Part shown: positions 60,732 through 64,000 of the stretch, one piece after another
How positions within the stretch are numbered: position 1 is the stretch's first letter
Layout of the letters: every line of letters begins with the position of its first letter
Source of the DNA: an uncultured Gemmataceae bacterium
GTDB lineage: Bacteria; Planctomycetota; Planctomycetia; Gemmatales; Gemmataceae
Assembly: GCA_963750165.1 (NCBI GenBank)
Contig: CAVVPN010000003.1
Coordinates: 1,600,001-1,664,000 of the forward strand
Length of the DNA stretch: 64,000 bases
Reading direction: 5' to 3'
Program-made: the position numbers and the translations under genes
The notes under the pieces: generated by a model
Database searches by the model: none
Seen by the model: the letters and a program-made list of their open reading frames with translations, nothing else
Told to the model about the DNA's origin: nothing

Positions 60732-62171
60732 ATGCCGTTTCTGCTGCTGTTAGTCCTGTCGTTGGCCTGCCTGCAACGCGAATGGCCGAGGCCGCCCATT
60801 GCGCTGACCCCCGTCCGCGCCGGCCTGGTGACCTGGCTGGGCACGGGCATTCTCATCGCCCTGACCGGCCTGCTCGCGGCCCTGCTCCGCCGCTGGGTGC
60901 TGACCGATCCGCACGCCCGCCCCCAGGTCGTGCGTCGCTTCAGCCGCCTGCGCCGCTACGCCCTGTTCGCGCACCTGGGCTGGTTCCTCACCGCCCTGTT
61001 CGCCTGCGGCTGGGGCTGGGCCGTCAAGTCCTGGCTCACCGCCCACGGCACCACCCTGCCAGGCGTTGAACTGGTGCTGCTGACCCCACTGCTCGCCGCC
61101 CTGGTGCTGTCGTGGGCGCTGTACTACGACGTGGACGCGGCCCTGAAGCGCACCGCCGCCTACGCCGACGACACGCCGCCGCCCGGCCGCTGGGCGCAGG
61201 TGCTCTTGCAGGCCCGCCACAACTTCCTGTTGCTGGCGCCGCCGCTGCTGCTCACCTTCGTCCAGCAGACGGTCGTCTGGTGCTTCCCCGCGCTGCTGAG
61301 CGATCAGCTGCTGCTCGGCCTGTTCGCCATCGGTCTGCTGGCGGCGGTGTTCGTCGGCATCCCGTGGCTGCTGCGGTTGCTGCTCGGCCTGCGGCCGCTG
61401 CCGCCGGGGCCGTTGCGCGATCGCCTGCTGGCGACCGCCAAACGGCTCCACTTCCGCTGCAACGACATCCTTCTGTGGGATACGCGCAATACTGTCGCCA
61501 ACGCCATGGTCACCGGGCCGCTACCGTTCCTGCGCTACGTCGTGCTCTCCGACCGCCTCATCAAGGAGATGACGCCCGAAGAGGTCGAGGCGGTCTTCGG
61601 CCACGAGGTTGGCCACATCAAGCACCATCACCTGTTGTTTTACTTCGGCTTCCTGATCGCCAGCATGTTCGTTGTGTTCGGTGCCTGGACCTGGTTGACG
61701 GGGCAGCTCGACCACGAATCGGTGCAGCAGGCGCTGGGCGAACCGCTGCCGGACGTGGCGGCGTGGCTGCGGGCCAACGAACTGCTGGCGCTGCTGCCGA
61801 TGCTGCTGTTGCTGGCGGGCTACGTTTTCGTGGTCTTCGGCTTTTTGTCGCGGCGCTGCGAACGGCAGGCGGACATCTTCGGCTGCCAAACGGTTTCGTG
61901 TGCGGTGTTCATCTCGGCGCTGGAGAAGGTGGCGTGGCTGAACGGCATCAGCCGCGACCGGCCGGGCTGGCTGTCGTCGTGGCAGCACTCGACCATCGCG
62001 CGCCGCGTGGAGTTTCTGGAGCGCATGAGCACCGACCCGGCGCTGGCGGCGCGCTTTCAGTGGCGCGTGGGTTTGGTCAAGTGGGGTGTGGTGATCGGTC
62101 TGGGAGCGGCGCTGACGGGGATGCTGGTGCTGGTGCCGGAGCAGGTGTGGGCAATCCTGCGGCAGATGTGA
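60732..62171 (+). CDS. M48 (Ste24/HtpX-like) membrane zinc metallopeptidase
   Basis: ANAMVTG, HEVGH, ERQAD and HSTIARRV motifs. Confidence 0.92.
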   Translation: MPFLLLLVLSLACLQREWPRPPIALTPVRAGLVTWLGTGILIALTGLLAALLRRWVLTDPHARPQVVRRFSRLRRYALFAHLGWFLTALFACGWGWAVKSWLTAHGTTLPGVELVLLTPLLAALVLSWALYYDVDAALKRTAAYADDTPPPGRWAQVLLQARHNFLLLAPPLLLTFVQQTVVWCFPALLSDQLLLGLFAIGLLAAVFVGIPWLLRLLLGLRPLPPGPLRDRLLATAKRLHFRCNDILLWDTRNTVANAMVTGPLPFLRYVVLSDRLIKEMTPEEVEAVFGHEVGHIKHHHLLFYFGFLIASMFVVFGAWTWLTGQLDHESVQQALGEPLPDVAAWLRANELLALLPMLLLLAGYVFVVFGFLSRRCERQADIFGCQTVSCAVFISALEKVAWLNGISRDRPGWLSSWQHSTIARRVEFLERMSTDPALAARFQWRVGLVKWGVVIGLGAALTGMLVLVPEQVWAILRQM

Positions 62172-62286
62172 GGTGTTGCGCCGCAGGATCGGAAAATCCC
62201 TCAAGGTCCATCCGCCCCCGGCCCGATGACAGGAAGCAGCGACGCTCATCACTTCTTTTCGCCCGTCTTCACCGGGGGAAATAACC

Positions 62287-62607
62287 ATGACCAACGACCG
62301 TCCCGTGTTCCGCCCGCACCTGGAGGCTCTGGAAGACCGCTGCCAGCCTTCCGCGTTGACGCCCGTCCACTCGACCACGCTGCACCCGACTCCCAACCTG
62401 TTGCCCTCCTATGTCTACAACCCGTTCAACGCCGCGACCGGGGGGCTCAACTCGCACACCACCCAGCAGGCGGCGACGCCCGCGCACCCGTACTCGCCGT
62501 TTATCTACAACCCGTTCGCGACCCAGCAGGGCTTCACCATCTCGACCCCGGGCGGCTACGGCACCGCGCACGTGTTCGCTCCGTACATCTACAACCCGTT
62601 CGCGTAA
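62287..62607 (+). CDS. Small protein with a planctomycete LEPR-type leader and three YNPF repeats
   Basis: FRPHLEALEDRCQPS leader; PSYVYNPFN, SPFIYNPFA, APYIYNPFA. Confidence 0.75.
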   Translation: MTNDRPVFRPHLEALEDRCQPSALTPVHSTTLHPTPNLLPSYVYNPFNAATGGLNSHTTQQAATPAHPYSPFIYNPFATQQGFTISTPGGYGTAHVFAPYIYNPFA

Positions 62608-62688
62608 GCGCGTCACCGCACAACCAGGCCCCGATTGATCGGTTCGCGCGGCCCACGCGAACCGATCAATCCAGACCTGGGACCGGTA

Positions 62689-63510
62689 TCAGGTCAGCTT
62701 CGCCTCGACCTCCTTCATGTAGCGGATGCTCTCGCGGGCAATCGTCTCGGGGTCCGGCGTGTAGTCGAAGACCTCCACCGACACCCAGCCGGCATAGCCG
62801 CTCACCTTCAGCGCTCGGAAGATCGGCACGAAGTCCGTGTCGCCGAAGCCGGGGCCGCGGCGGTTCACGTCGTTGGCGTGGAAGTGGCCCGCCGCCTTGC
62901 CGTGCCGCGTAATCAACTCCGGCGTAATGACCTCCTCGGTGCTCATCGCCTTCACGTCCAGGTGCAGTACGAAGTTCTTGTGCCCCAGTTTGCCCAGGAC
63001 TTCGAGGGCCTCGTCACAGGTGTTGATGAAGTCGGCCTCCGGCGGCGACAGCGGCTCCAGGCACAGCCGCACACCGGCGTCCGCGATGCTCGGGGCGGCG
63101 CGGCGGAAGGTGTCCACGATGTTGTCCACAGCCTGCTGCCGGGTGTGGCCGGCGGGGATGCGGCGCTGGCCCGGCGAGCCGAACACCATCAGGTCGCCAC
63201 CGAGGTCGCGGCAGCAGCGGGCCAGCTCCACCAGGTAGTCGGCGGTGCGCTGCCGCACCGCCTCGTCCGCCGCAGTCACCTGCAGCCCCTCCGTCTTCGC
63301 CAGCAGCCAGTGCAGGCCGATGATTTTCAGGCCACAGTCCTCCGCCTGGCGGCGCAACTGCTGCCGCTGTGCCGCCGACACGTCGGTGATGCGCGGCGCC
63401 AGCGTGAACGGCGCCAGCTCCAGACCCTGGTAGCCGAGCCGGGCCACCGTCGCACAAACGCGGCCGTGCTCCCAGCCCTCAAACGTCTCATTGCAGATCG
63501 CGTATTTCAT
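62689..63510 (-). CDS. Sugar phosphate isomerase/epimerase (D-tagatose 3-epimerase-like)
   Basis: MKYAICNE, LEPL, HLDVKAM, HFHAND and SVEVF motifs. Confidence 0.9.
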   Translation of the reverse strand: MKYAICNETFEGWEHGRVCATVARLGYQGLELAPFTLAPRITDVSAAQRQQLRRQAEDCGLKIIGLHWLLAKTEGLQVTAADEAVRQRTADYLVELARCCRDLGGDLMVFGSPGQRRIPAGHTRQQAVDNIVDTFRRAAPSIADAGVRLCLEPLSPPEADFINTCDEALEVLGKLGHKNFVLHLDVKAMSTEEVITPELITRHGKAAGHFHANDVNRRGPGFGDTDFVPIFRALKVSGYAGWVSVEVFDYTPDPETIARESIRYMKEVEAKLT

Positions 63511-63511
63511 G

Positions 63512-64000
63512 TTAGTCGATGGTCACCTTGGGTGGCGGTTGTCCGGAGGGGGCGGTGAGTGTCACCGGCAGCGGCCCCTTGGCGGCCAGGGCCGCGTCGT
63601 AAAACTGCTGGGGCGAATCGACCGCCTTGTCGCCGACGTGCGTGATGACGATGCCGGGCTTCAGGTCCTTCCGGGCCGCGGCGCTGTTCGGCTGCACGTC
63701 GCTGACCAGAACGCCGCGCGGCACGCTCTGGATCTTCAACTCCGGCTGCTGCACCAGCACGCTGGTGTAGTCCACGCGCAGGCCGCGGACGAACGGCCGC
63801 TGCCCCGGCTCCGTGGCGATCTTCTTGCCCGGCACATAAAACTTGGCCAGCTTGACCTCCACCGTCTCCAGCTTGTCGCCCTTGCGCACCAGCAGGGTGA
63901 TCGTTGAGCCGGCCAACTGCGTGCCCAGGGCCAGGAACAGTTCGTCGCCGTCGTGGACGGCAACGTCCCGGGTCCGATCCTTGATGCGGAGGATGACGTG
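63512..64000 (-). CDS. PDZ-domain protein (probable HtrA/DegP-like protease), C-terminal part; 5' end outside the window
   Basis: Frame open to the window edge; GVLVSDVQPNSAAA..LKPGIVITHV PDZ motif. Confidence 0.75.
   Translation of the reverse strand, partial: HVILRIKDRTRDVAVHDGDELFLALGTQLAGSTITLLVRKGDKLETVEVKLAKFYVPGKKIATEPGQRPFVRGLRVDYTSVLVQQPELKIQSVPRGVLVSDVQPNSAAARKDLKPGIVITHVGDKAVDSPQQFYDAALAAKGPLPVTLTAPSGQPPPKVTID

Overview
GC-rich bacterial DNA, most likely a planctomycete of the Gemmataceae type. The evidence is TIGR03000, two DUF1559 genes, a PSCyt/PSD1 cytochrome, a LEPR-type leader and an 'MTEAEWL...HVRGCW' family gene. About ten single-base frameshifts fall in otherwise intact genes, including lptD-like and aceF, so the sequence looks like an imperfectly polished long-read assembly. 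Most of the window is ordinary metabolic and envelope content. The main accessory region is about 8.4-20.7 kb, a partly decayed conflict/immunity-like island. It holds an intact TCAD9/APH-like kinase fused to a TPR-S (MAP3K TRAF-binding-like) module and an internally deleted paralog of it. It also holds a stand-alone RyR-domain gene, a LysR regulator, an LRR-Roc-COR-TIR protein with near-identical repeats that vary at a few positions, a truncated DUF4062-STAND gene and a HEPN remnant. Other notable signals: (1) nested MITE/REP elements with clear target-site duplications, one of which inactivates an HNH nuclease; (2) an in-frame 38-bp repeat / 37-bp spacer / 38-bp repeat inside the Roco gene; (3) a duplicated promoter-plus-hairpin (sRNA-like) element; (4) an apparently split signal peptidase I; (5) an ExbB/ExbD-like motor operon ending in a membrane-anchored GTPase. 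No rRNA, tRNA or CRISPR array was seen. All family assignments come from motif recognition by eye, not from database searches.
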